From NCBI GenBank assembly GCA_049599475.1, contig JBMYOQ010000036.1, forward strand, positions 1-41,789: a stretch of DNA of 41,789 nucleotides. The letters are read 5' to 3'. Source of the stretch: Opitutales bacterium (GTDB taxonomy: Bacteria > Verrucomicrobiota > Verrucomicrobiia > Opitutales > JABSRG01). The first letter of the stretch is position 1, and the number at the start of each line of letters is the position of its first letter. Under the pieces are notes generated by a model. That model was not told the DNA's origin. It did no database searches and saw only the letters and a program-made list of their open reading frames with translations. Position numbers and translations under genes: made by a program. Below, in pieces: positions 8,635 through 17,328 of the stretch.

Positions 8635-10386
8635 CTACCTAAGCCCCTTCAAGCGTCGTCGGCGTTTAAAGATATTATCCTTGCCCTTCAAGAGCGGTTC
8701 ATCCTCTTCAACAGGCTCCTTCTTGTCCGGCAAGAAACGGATCGCTAGAATCCCGACGACCGCGAGTATCATCGAGGCCCATACAAACCAGTCTCCATGT
8801 CGCACATAAAAAGTCTGGTAGCGACGTCGTCCAGCATCGTGGAAGATCGACATAGGGGAAGATCCGCGCGTGTAAATGGATCCCTTTGAATCAGTAAATT
8901 CGGTACGAATACGGCCTTGACCGTCGATCCACCCGGACCAGCCCTCATTGCCTACCCGGACTACCGGTCGCCCCGTTTCCACCGCTCGCAGGACAGAATG
9001 AGCCGCGTGTTGATAGGCCGCACCTTCACGACCATACCACGCATCATTAGTCACCACCAAAAATGCATCTACCCCTTCCAAGGCGCTCTCCCGGGCGAGA
9101 TGAGCAAAAATATCTTCATAGCACACGAGAGCTCCGAGACTCACCTCCCGCCCCTCCACTTGAATACGTAAAGGCTTTGCCGATTCGCCCGCCTCGATGT
9201 CATATTCCGCGGGAATTGCCTTATCGAGAAATGGCAGGAATTCACGCAGGGGTACATATTCGCCAAAGGGCACACGCTTGCGCTTGGCATAGTAACGATC
9301 ATCCAGGCCGTCTTCGGGAGTGACCCAGAAAATACCGTTATACCACGCACCTTCCTCCGTCTCGATAAGGTTGCCCATCAAGATCGGCGTGTCGATATCG
9401 ACACTGAGCGCCTCGATCCACGTTTCCAAACTATTCTTCCCACGCGCAGGAAGCGGAGTTGCACTCTCGGGCCATAGAATAATCTGTGGTTGCGTCAGAG
9501 CCGCCAAACGCGTTTCCCGCTCAATAATACGCAAGTGATCACGAGCCATCTCCTCATCCCATTTCACTTCCTGGGGTATGGCCGGCTGCACCGCCGACGC
9601 TGAGAACAAGAGCTCCAGATTCTCAGATTGCGGAAGAATACGCACGTAGAGCAACAGGCTTCCAAACAATGCGACCATCACGACGTAAAACTCCGGGCAT
9701 ATGTTCCCGAAATAACCGGCGTTCTTGCGGCGTTTTATCAATTGCCTCAGATAGATCGCAATACCGATATTGATCGCTACAATCAGCGCAGAGACCCCGT
9801 AAGCCCCAGTAATCGAAGCCAACTGCAGCGCCACCGGATTGCGCCACTGCGTCGACGCCAAGGGTAGCCAGGGAAAGCCCGTGAGAAACCAAGAACGCAC
9901 CCATTCCTGGACCACCCACACGCCTGCTAACATCAATAAACTCAAAATCCGGACCGAGGCGCCTTTCTTGAGGCTGCGCGGAATCGCCCACCGCATGAGA
10001 CCAAAGAACGGCAGATGCAACACCACAAGAATACTCGCGACAAGCAGGACGATCAATGGGCCCGTGATCGAGGGTAGAGGCGCGTCCGCAAACACAGAGA
10101 CATGGCGCAACCAAACCAGTAGACTGCACCAAACGAAGAGTTGCGACGGGATCAGGACACCCCACCAGGCACGCCAACTCGGAGCGAAGGATCCCCACAA
10201 AACCCAGGGTATTAAGGAGACGAAAGCCGCCTCAGCACCGTCGAAGGGCGGGAAAGACAGTAGTAGGCCCAAGGAACTCGAGAATGCCACCACCAGCGCA
10301 TACACCGGATGGCTCGCACGCTTCCACCAAGCGTTGCGGCGCTTCTCGGCCCGATGGGCCTCCATTCTCTCTTCAAAAGACGGCAT
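8635..10386 (-). CDS. lnt: Apolipoprotein N-acyltransferase
   Basis: Multiple TMs; EWVRSW..TGFPW, ILWPESA, K..RVPFGEYVP, VCYEDIF, TNDAWYG, RAVETGRP (nitrilase-fold E-K-C triad). Start taken at ATG 10386; alternative GTG 10392. Confidence 0.95.
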   Translation of the reverse strand: MPSFEERMEAHRAEKRRNAWWKRASHPVYALVVAFSSSLGLLLSFPPFDGAEAAFVSLIPWVLWGSFAPSWRAWWGVLIPSQLFVWCSLLVWLRHVSVFADAPLPSITGPLIVLLVASILVVLHLPFFGLMRWAIPRSLKKGASVRILSLLMLAGVWVVQEWVRSWFLTGFPWLPLASTQWRNPVALQLASITGAYGVSALIVAINIGIAIYLRQLIKRRKNAGYFGNICPEFYVVMVALFGSLLLYVRILPQSENLELLFSASAVQPAIPQEVKWDEEMARDHLRIIERETRLAALTQPQIILWPESATPLPARGKNSLETWIEALSVDIDTPILMGNLIETEEGAWYNGIFWVTPEDGLDDRYYAKRKRVPFGEYVPLREFLPFLDKAIPAEYDIEAGESAKPLRIQVEGREVSLGALVCYEDIFAHLARESALEGVDAFLVVTNDAWYGREGAAYQHAAHSVLRAVETGRPVVRVGNEGWSGWIDGQGRIRTEFTDSKGSIYTRGSSPMSIFHDAGRRRYQTFYVRHGDWFVWASMILAVVGILAIRFLPDKKEPVEEDEPLLKGKDNIFKRRRRLKGLR

Positions 10387-10470
10387 CCGCACAGACCTCT
10401 CTAAAAGGAATCAGATTTCAACCCTATTCGCGGATTATCACTGATTCGTAAACCGAAGCCCTTGATTTGA

Positions 10471-11352
10471 CTACTCAATCAACATCCAGGCGTCGGACCA
10501 TTGCCCGTCCTCCCGAGAATCCCAGGTTGTGACAGCGCGTCCCAATGACTCAGCGGCCGCGTGATAGGCAGTTTTGATTTCATCAATTTCCTTCGATAAA
10601 ATTCCACTGAGGGCCAGACCACCTCCCCGTGAAACAGCCCCTACGATAGATTTCGCGTGAGGGACCAATACATTCGTCTGAATATTGACCAAGAGTAAAT
10701 CCGCACCTTCTGACTCAAGACCACCTGGCACTGCGTCCACCGAAAAAGGAATTTGAGCCAAATGCTCATTGAACTCATTGTGCTCATCAGCAATGCGCAC
10801 CGATTCTGGATCAAAATCAAAACCACTCACCTGCTCGAATCCTAATGCCTTCGCACTGAGCGCCAGAATTCCAGAGCCGCAACCTGCATCGACCACCTTG
10901 CACGCATTTAGATCAGGTTGAGTGTTGAAAAAATCGACCAAGCGCTTCGAGCAGAGACGCGTCGACTCATGGGCTCCTGTCCCAAAAGCCATACCGGAAT
11001 CTAGATAAATATAGGCTTCGCTCAGAGGGGGCTCACGGTCTTCCTTTTCCCACAATGGGATCCAATGCAGCGTCCTATAATTCCAATATTTCAGGTGAAA
11101 TTTATAGGCTTCTTTCCAATCCTGGTCTTCCAAAGTATCGAAAGAGAACTCAGCGCTGAGCTCGGGCACATCTTTGTTTAATGATGCATAGGCAGCTTCT
11201 GCTGCTTCTTTTGTATCAAAATACCCGAACAAATAAAACGGATCACGCGGCTCCTTTTGCTCAAGTATCCAAAAGGATTCCTCCTGGGTCTCGAGATAGC
11301 TCTCAAGCAAATCCACATCGCTCTCTTCGAGTTCTTTCTTTAAGACGATCAT
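10471..11352 (-). CDS. prmA: Ribosomal protein L11 methyltransferase
   Basis: DW..AYK, GMAFGTGAHEST, VDAGCGSGILAL, LSGIL. Confidence 0.93.
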   Translation of the reverse strand: MIVLKKELEESDVDLLESYLETQEESFWILEQKEPRDPFYLFGYFDTKEAAEAAYASLNKDVPELSAEFSFDTLEDQDWKEAYKFHLKYWNYRTLHWIPLWEKEDREPPLSEAYIYLDSGMAFGTGAHESTRLCSKRLVDFFNTQPDLNACKVVDAGCGSGILALSAKALGFEQVSGFDFDPESVRIADEHNEFNEHLAQIPFSVDAVPGGLESEGADLLLVNIQTNVLVPHAKSIVGAVSRGGGLALSGILSKEIDEIKTAYHAAAESLGRAVTTWDSREDGQWSDAWMLIE

Positions 11353-11361
11353 AGCACAAAA

Positions 11362-11940
11362 TCAATTTGAGTATTCAATTTCACCAAGGCTCAAACGCTT
11401 CACCACATCCACGAGCAAGCCGTGCTCGGCAGCATGAATGTTTTCTTCAAAAATCTCTTTTGTATCCCCTTTTTCGATGCGCACCGGGGATTGGTCAATC
11501 ACACGTCCACCATCGAGTTCCGAATTTACCCAGTGGACAGTGCAGCCACTGACGGTCACGCCATAATCCCAAGCCTGCCCGATGGCATCGAGGCCTTTGA
11601 AGCTTGGCAACAGGCTGGGGTGTAGGTTGATCAGCTTACCCTCCCAACGCTCCAGAATACCGTCTCCGACAATGCGCATAAAGCCAGCAAGGACGACGAG
11701 CTGAGGTTCCCAGGTATCCAGGATCTCGAGGTACGCAGCGTCACCCGTCTTCTTGGAATATTTCTCGAAGCGAGCGTCTTTTTCAAACTCCCGAGCATGC
11801 TCCAGGATTCCGGCATCCTTCTTGTCGCTCAAAACGCCGACAATTTCTGCAGCCCCCAGTTCTCCAGCCCGCTCTGCTCGCAACAACGCACGGGCATTGC
11901 TTCCTCGGCCGCTTCCTAAAATAGCTATCCGGTATGACAT
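11362..11940 (-). CDS. purN: Phosphoribosylglycinamide formyltransferase
   Basis: SGRGSN, VLAGFMRI, NLHPSLLPSFKG, GCTVHWV..ELDGG, EH. Confidence 0.95.
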   Translation of the reverse strand: MSYRIAILGSGRGSNARALLRAERAGELGAAEIVGVLSDKKDAGILEHAREFEKDARFEKYSKKTGDAAYLEILDTWEPQLVVLAGFMRIVGDGILERWEGKLINLHPSLLPSFKGLDAIGQAWDYGVTVSGCTVHWVNSELDGGRVIDQSPVRIEKGDTKEIFEENIHAAEHGLLVDVVKRLSLGEIEYSN

Positions 11941-11967
11941 GTTTTATAAAATCCAGAGTGAGCCAAA

Positions 11968-14811
11968 CTATTTGGCTTCAGGCACAACACTTACAGAAAC
12001 CGCGTGCTCGGGTTTCAAATACATTTTTGCCAGCTCGTTGATATCTTCGACTGTAATACTCTCGTAGTCCGAGAAAATAGAGCGCGCCCAATCGAACTGA
12101 TCCGGATAGGTTGTGGCACCTGACATAACCGTGTAAAGCCAGTAGGCATTATTCCTCAGTTGCTCTTCAAGGCCTGTCAGCGTGGGTTTGAGCACACGCC
12201 CGAGCTCGTCTTCGGTAGTTCCGCCCTCGACTAAGCCTGCTGCGATTCCAGCCACGGTCTCGTGCAAGAGTTCAAGTTTTTCCACATCGCCAACAACCTG
12301 TGCAGTGAGCCGTCCATAATCCGTAAAAGTCTGGCTCGCACTGTGGCTCGCACGCGGACTGTAAGCCTCTCCCAGTTTTTCACGGATTTCCACACGCATA
12401 CGGTCGCGCACAACACTTGAGAGCATATTGAGACGGCGGGCTTGGCTGATATCCGAGATATCGTCGGTGGGCCACGCCTTCAACATGACTCCCTTCGGCT
12501 GTTCAGAGCTAAAGGTAAAAGTCCGATCTTGTCCGCCCTCTGGAAAGGAAACTTTCCGCGCCTCTGCATAATCTGGCACCGATTCCGCGCGCTCGTCGAG
12601 TGCACCTAGAGTGAGGGATAGTGCCTCTTCCAATACCGCGTATTCAAAATCCCCTACAACAGCCACTTCGATCGCAGCACTTTCAAGCGTCGGCTCCAGC
12701 CAGGCTTTCACAGATTCCATAGTTAAGCCATCTAGCTTCGCGCGCTCGGGCCAGCCAAAGCGAGGGTCCTCAGAATACATAAAACGAGGTACCGCATCAA
12801 ACATGACACCTTCTGCGTTGTGCGCGATATACTGTTCGACAGCTTCAAAGTATCGCTTTGCGACATTTACCGCCTCTTCGCGATAACCCGCAAATTTTAT
12901 ATTAGCAGTGAGCAATTTAAGCGTATCTAGCAGATCATCGGGCGTCGTCGCTGCACCGAAGGTAAAGGCATCTTGCCCTACCTCGAAGCCGACCGATACA
13001 TTTTTTCCTGCAAAAATGGAAGTGATATCGTCAGCCGAATGTGCTTCGAGCCCCCCAGCAGAGAATGTCTGCGAGGCAAACGTCGCAACTGCCGGCTCCA
13101 AATCGCCAAGCGTGAGCAGTCCGCCACCGACCCGAACCGAAATCAAAATTTCATTGTCCTTGAAATCGGTCTTTTTCGCAAAGGTTTGGACATGGTTCTC
13201 GAATTTGAATGTCTGAATATCGAGGTCTTCCTTGGTCTCCCGCTCCACGATCCTCCCAGGCGCTCCAAATTCCTGATACGCGAAGGTCATTTCTCCCTCA
13301 TCAACAGGAGCCTCGAGCTCAACAGCCTGACTCTGTTTCCAAGCAGACTCGATCAGTGACTCAGCCTGCGCCGGATCGATCTCAACATTGCCCGCGACGA
13401 AGATTCGGGGCTCTGCATCCGCAAAAACTGCTCTAAACGCAGCATTCAAATCCTCCACCTTCAAGGACTCTACAAAGGGCTCGAACAATCGCAGGCGATC
13501 CTCCGGCGAAAGGATCACACGTTGATCATCATAAGCGCGGACAAGCCCCATCGCCAGCGAGCGAGAATTGCGCGTAGATTTCCGAGCAACCGACTCCTTG
13601 AGCGCGTTAATCTCGCGAGCCTTCACTTCCCGCAGCTCAGATTCTGTGAAGCCGTATAGCACTGCCTTGCGAATTGCCTGCTCGAGCTCTGCAACCGCTG
13701 CTTCCCAATTCTCCGCCTGAGTAGTAGCATTCAACCCGTCTATTTCGGCGAACCGGAAAAAAGCTTGTTTGGAAACAGATGCTCCGAGGAAGGGCGCATC
13801 CTCCTCTTTTGCACGCTTTTCGAAGCGACGATTTACGATCGCGTAGGCCAAATCTAAAATGAGGCGTTTCTTCCTGTTTTCCAGAGAATCCTCTTTGGGC
13901 GTATAGGGTGTCACCGCATTTACACCAACGGCCACATACGGGGCCTCCATTTCCGAAAAATACCCATATTGAGGCAACTCCTCGGGAAGATCTCCCAGAA
14001 GCGGATCCTCCACGGTAGACTCGGGCTTTGTCAATTTAGCGAATGCCTCGATCACCCGCGACTCAATGTGCGCGGGATCGAAATCACCGACAACCACTAA
14101 CGCCATGCGTTCCGGGCGGTAATAGGCATCGTAATATTCTACAAAGTCCGAACGCTGGACTCCCTTGATGGCCTCATCGGTTCCGATGACCATGCGATCC
14201 GCCGCTAAAGTGTCTTTGAGCAAAAATTCATATTCCGCCTCAAACATGCGAAACTGAGGGGAATCACGGCTACGTTTCTCTGCGAGAATAACGCCTCGCT
14301 CTTTCTCAATTTCTTCCTCCTCTAAATTCATCCCAACAATCAAATCTCGAAAGAAAGTGAGCGCAGGGTTCAGCACGTCGTCCTCCACGTGGGGCAAATC
14401 GAGCATATAGACGGTCTGGTCAAAGGAGGTGTAGGCATTCGTGTGCGCGCCGAATCCCATTCCCAATCGCTGGAAAAACTCAACCATCTCGCCCGCGGCG
14501 AAGTTTTCGGTCCCGTTAAAAGCCATGTGCTCTAAGAAGTGAGCCATTCCACGCTGATGATCTTTCTCCTGCAACGACCCCGCGCGGATAAATAGGCGCA
14601 TCGCCACACGCTTCTGAGGCTCCTTATTCGGCATCAGGGCATAGGTAAGCCCGTTTTCCATGACTCCATATTTTATGGCCGGATCGGAGGGCAGATCGCT
14701 CGCGGAGGAAAACCCAGTCACCTCGGCAAAGAGACTGGATTTGCCCACGAAACATAGGATCAAAAAGAGGGTAATTAATGGAGCCTTAACAAATTGCATC
14801 GGTGTGACCAT
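11968..14811 (-). CDS. M16-family (PqqL/insulinase-like) zinc protease, exported
   Basis: GMAHFLEHMAFNGT (HxxEH), NAYTSFDQTVY, KERGVI, YYRPERM; signal-peptide-like N-terminus; 947 aa. Confidence 0.93.
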   Translation of the reverse strand: MVTPMQFVKAPLITLFLILCFVGKSSLFAEVTGFSSASDLPSDPAIKYGVMENGLTYALMPNKEPQKRVAMRLFIRAGSLQEKDHQRGMAHFLEHMAFNGTENFAAGEMVEFFQRLGMGFGAHTNAYTSFDQTVYMLDLPHVEDDVLNPALTFFRDLIVGMNLEEEEIEKERGVILAEKRSRDSPQFRMFEAEYEFLLKDTLAADRMVIGTDEAIKGVQRSDFVEYYDAYYRPERMALVVVGDFDPAHIESRVIEAFAKLTKPESTVEDPLLGDLPEELPQYGYFSEMEAPYVAVGVNAVTPYTPKEDSLENRKKRLILDLAYAIVNRRFEKRAKEEDAPFLGASVSKQAFFRFAEIDGLNATTQAENWEAAVAELEQAIRKAVLYGFTESELREVKAREINALKESVARKSTRNSRSLAMGLVRAYDDQRVILSPEDRLRLFEPFVESLKVEDLNAAFRAVFADAEPRIFVAGNVEIDPAQAESLIESAWKQSQAVELEAPVDEGEMTFAYQEFGAPGRIVERETKEDLDIQTFKFENHVQTFAKKTDFKDNEILISVRVGGGLLTLGDLEPAVATFASQTFSAGGLEAHSADDITSIFAGKNVSVGFEVGQDAFTFGAATTPDDLLDTLKLLTANIKFAGYREEAVNVAKRYFEAVEQYIAHNAEGVMFDAVPRFMYSEDPRFGWPERAKLDGLTMESVKAWLEPTLESAAIEVAVVGDFEYAVLEEALSLTLGALDERAESVPDYAEARKVSFPEGGQDRTFTFSSEQPKGVMLKAWPTDDISDISQARRLNMLSSVVRDRMRVEIREKLGEAYSPRASHSASQTFTDYGRLTAQVVGDVEKLELLHETVAGIAAGLVEGGTTEDELGRVLKPTLTGLEEQLRNNAYWLYTVMSGATTYPDQFDWARSIFSDYESITVEDINELAKMYLKPEHAVSVSVVPEAK

Positions 14812-14858
14812 GATTTCTTAGTTTGCGACTTCAACCAGAATTCCTCCAGATATGGCAA

Positions 14859-16139
14859 GTGCTCTGGTTTTATCGCATTATATACATCCCTTTCCTTATT
14901 TGTTCCGCGCCCTACTATCTTTATCGCATGATGAAGCGCGGCGGATACGGTGAGGATTTCCAGCACCGTTTCGGGAAATACGGGAAGCACCCCGACCCCA
15001 CAGGGGACAAGAAACGCATCTGGATACAGGCTGTGAGCGTGGGTGAGCTACAGGCGATCAAACCCTTGGTCGAGCAGCTCAAGGATGGTGGTAACTATTG
15101 GATAGCGGTCACCACAACCACCAGCACAGCTTACCGGATTCTGCAGAAAGACTTTTCGGCGATCAGCGATTTCCGTGGTTATTTTCCTCTCGATTTCCTT
15201 CCATTCATCAAGCGCGCGTGGAAGCAAATTCGTCCAGACACCGCGATACTTATGGAGAGCGAGCTTTGGCCGGAGCACATGTATCAAGCGAAACGCGCGG
15301 GCGTGCCTCTTCTATTGATCAACGCCCGCATGTCGGACCGCTCGTTCAAGCGCTATTCAAAGCTACGGTTTCTGACGGTGTTTATGACGCGCTACATTTC
15401 CGCAGTCGCTGCGAGTTCGCAGGTGGATGCAGATCGGTTTAGGTCACTCGGAATCCCAAAGCAGCGAATCGCAGTCGCTGGGAATCTAAAACTAGACAAA
15501 GATATTCAACCCCGGCTGTCAGATTCGGAAATCAACCAGCTAAAACGCGAAATGGGATTTTCCGAAAACGCACGGGTTATCCTCGGCTCCTCCACCTGGC
15601 CCGGAGAAGAGGCCATGCTCTGTAGAATTTTTAATCAGATTAAAACCCGTCACCCCGAAGCCCGGCTTCTCATCGTCCCGCGCCATGCAGAACGGAAATC
15701 GGAGCTACAAGAAAAACTCCCAGAGTTTGCGCTGAAAACGCACTTTCGATCGGATTCGAAAACCGCCGACTCAACTACCGAGCTCTACATAGCAGACACC
15801 ACGGGAGAGCTCCCCATGCTCACCCAAATTGCCGACCTCGCTTTCATTGGCAAAAGTATGCCCCCTCACAGCGAGGCACAATCCATGATCGAACCCGCCA
15901 TCCTCGGGATACCAGCCCTCATCGGCCCAGGATACTCGAATTTCAAACCGATCGTCGAAGGACTCCTCCAAGCAGGCCTCATCGAATCGGTTGCCGACGA
16001 AGAGCATCTCGCAATTTCCATCACCCAAAAGCTCGCCGAAGCCCCCGACCGCAGCCCCTACAAAACCCGCGCACAATCCTGGCACCTCGCCAACAAAGGC
16101 TCCCTCAAGCGCACCTTAGAGCAAATAGAGACTGCCTAA
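14859..16139 (+). CDS. waaA: 3-deoxy-D-manno-octulosonic acid (Kdo) transferase
   Basis: IWIQAVSVGE, FPLD, MESELWP, INARMSDRS, GNLKLD, IVPRHAER, DTTGEL. Start probably GTG 14859 (ORF track gives 14823). Confidence 0.93.
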   Translation: MLWFYRIIYIPFLICSAPYYLYRMMKRGGYGEDFQHRFGKYGKHPDPTGDKKRIWIQAVSVGELQAIKPLVEQLKDGGNYWIAVTTTTSTAYRILQKDFSAISDFRGYFPLDFLPFIKRAWKQIRPDTAILMESELWPEHMYQAKRAGVPLLLINARMSDRSFKRYSKLRFLTVFMTRYISAVAASSQVDADRFRSLGIPKQRIAVAGNLKLDKDIQPRLSDSEINQLKREMGFSENARVILGSSTWPGEEAMLCRIFNQIKTRHPEARLLIVPRHAERKSELQEKLPEFALKTHFRSDSKTADSTTELYIADTTGELPMLTQIADLAFIGKSMPPHSEAQSMIEPAILGIPALIGPGYSNFKPIVEGLLQAGLIESVADEEHLAISITQKLAEAPDRSPYKTRAQSWHLANKGSLKRTLEQIETA

Positions 16140-16171
16140 ACCTCACATCCGAGGATGCTCCCCAATAAGGG

Positions 16172-16208
16172 ATTCAACAATAAATAGTCAGACTATTTAT
16201 TGTTGAAT
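16172..16208. repeat. Perfect 37-bp palindrome (18-bp arms, 1-nt centre), REP-like candidate
   Basis: ATTCAACAATAAATAGTC-A-GACTATTTATTGTTGAAT; the arms are exact reverse complements, and the right arm recurs 17/18 at 29258-29275. Confidence 0.9.
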
Positions 16209-16268
16209 AAACACTCGATCATTCTGTGAGCTTGATGCTGGGGAGGATTGGTCTTTGGATTTCTACGA

Positions 16269-16859
16269 ATGGCAAAGAAGGCAATATTGCTCATCATCTC
16301 TGGACCCGCGGGTAGTGGTAAGACCACCCTGTGCGATCGTCTACTCGAGGAATTCGCTCCTGCTGTGCAGCGCGTAGTCACATCGACTACTCGCGATCCA
16401 CGACCCGGCGAAGTCAACGAGCGGGATTATTACTTTTTCAGCGTCTCGGAGTTTGAGCAATTAGAGTCGCAGGGTGCTTTTTATGAGACCGCCAATGTCC
16501 ATGGCCGACGCTACGGAACACTCAAGCGCGAGGTGCACCGCAAGTTGAGTGATAATATCGACTGCCTTTTGAATATAGACGTCCAAGGTGCTGTGGCATT
16601 TTTTGAATCGGCCAAGTCGGACCCCTTGCTCGCGGGTCGGATCCACTCCGTTTTTATTATGCCGCCCGATTTGGAAACCTTAAAGGCGCGCATTCTAGCT
16701 CGAGGCTCTGTAGACGAGGGTGAACTCGCCCGGAGATTAGAATCTGCTGAGATGGAAATCGGATATGCAGATCGCTACGAACAGATATTGAACACCTCCA
16801 CTCGCGAGGCGGACTGGGAGTTCATAAAGAATTACTACACTTCCCGGAAAGCCGACTAA
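16269..16859 (+). CDS. gmk: Guanylate kinase
   Basis: ISGPAGSGKTT, TTRDPRPGE...DYYF, VHGRRYGT, IDVQGA, FIMPP. Confidence 0.95.
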   Translation: MAKKAILLIISGPAGSGKTTLCDRLLEEFAPAVQRVVTSTTRDPRPGEVNERDYYFFSVSEFEQLESQGAFYETANVHGRRYGTLKREVHRKLSDNIDCLLNIDVQGAVAFFESAKSDPLLAGRIHSVFIMPPDLETLKARILARGSVDEGELARRLESAEMEIGYADRYEQILNTSTREADWEFIKNYYTSRKAD

Positions 16860-16887
16860 GCCCTTTTACCCAGAGCGAGGCGGTCCG

Positions 16888-17163
16888 CTAAGATTTTTTC
16901 GATCGGTACAAATCGTCGAATGTCCAATCCTCGGGAGCCGGCAAAGACTTGTAGTCCGGACGCTGAATTTCGACAGCATCTACATTGATCACGGGTTTTC
17001 TCACCCGACGTTCCGGAACCGGTCTGATCTCAGTAGAACTCCCCGATGGCTTTCCTGGCAACAAGACTTTCACGCGCGCACTGGTAGTAACGATTCGATA
17101 GATGTTACCTATCGAGACGAATACCAATCCAAGCGCACAAAGCTGTATTACCCATGAATCCAT
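16888..17163 (-). CDS. Small hypothetical membrane protein
   Basis: ORF from MDSWV with an N-terminal hydrophobic helix and a Pro/basic tail; divergent from the sigma54 activator. Confidence 0.6.
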   Translation of the reverse strand: MDSWVIQLCALGLVFVSIGNIYRIVTTSARVKVLLPGKPSGSSTEIRPVPERRVRKPVINVDAVEIQRPDYKSLPAPEDWTFDDLYRSKKS

Positions 17164-17205
17164 TTCTATTTCAAGATATGCATGTTTCTGGCGACATTTC
17201 AATCT

Positions 17206-17227
17206 TTGTAATGCAGTATCATTACAA
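17206..17227. promoter_or_regulatory. Inverted-repeat operator candidate
   Basis: TTGTAATG-N6-CATTACAA, perfect 8-bp arms, in the divergent intergenic region. Confidence 0.5.
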
Positions 17228-17245
17228 GCGATTCGGCATTCTCAT

Positions 17246-17258
17246 TATCAATAATTTG
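17246..17258 (+). promoter_or_regulatory. IHF-like binding site
   Basis: TATCAATAATTTG matches the WATCAANNNNTTR consensus exactly. Confidence 0.4.
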
Positions 17259-17328
17259 CCTCGCTAATCCCTTCTTTTCATGCGATGGATTTTGATATAA
17301 CAATGCAGGTGATCCCTTCTCTCCAGCC

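Noticed and set aside
9623..10444. Long alternative-frame ORFs over lnt (191 and 201 aa), and similar shadow ORFs across the window
   Set aside because: They overlap well-supported genes, lack motifs and are expected by chance at this GC content.
16172..16208. Palindrome as an intrinsic terminator, dif site or oriC
   Set aside because: The stem is AT-rich and loopless with no U tail. It is longer and more symmetric than a 28-bp dif site. I saw no DnaA-box cluster, and the skew flip appears local.
17178..17196. Sigma54 promoter for the small membrane gene
   Set aside because: The minus strand reads TCGCCA-N5-ATGC, so the invariant GG at -24 is missing.
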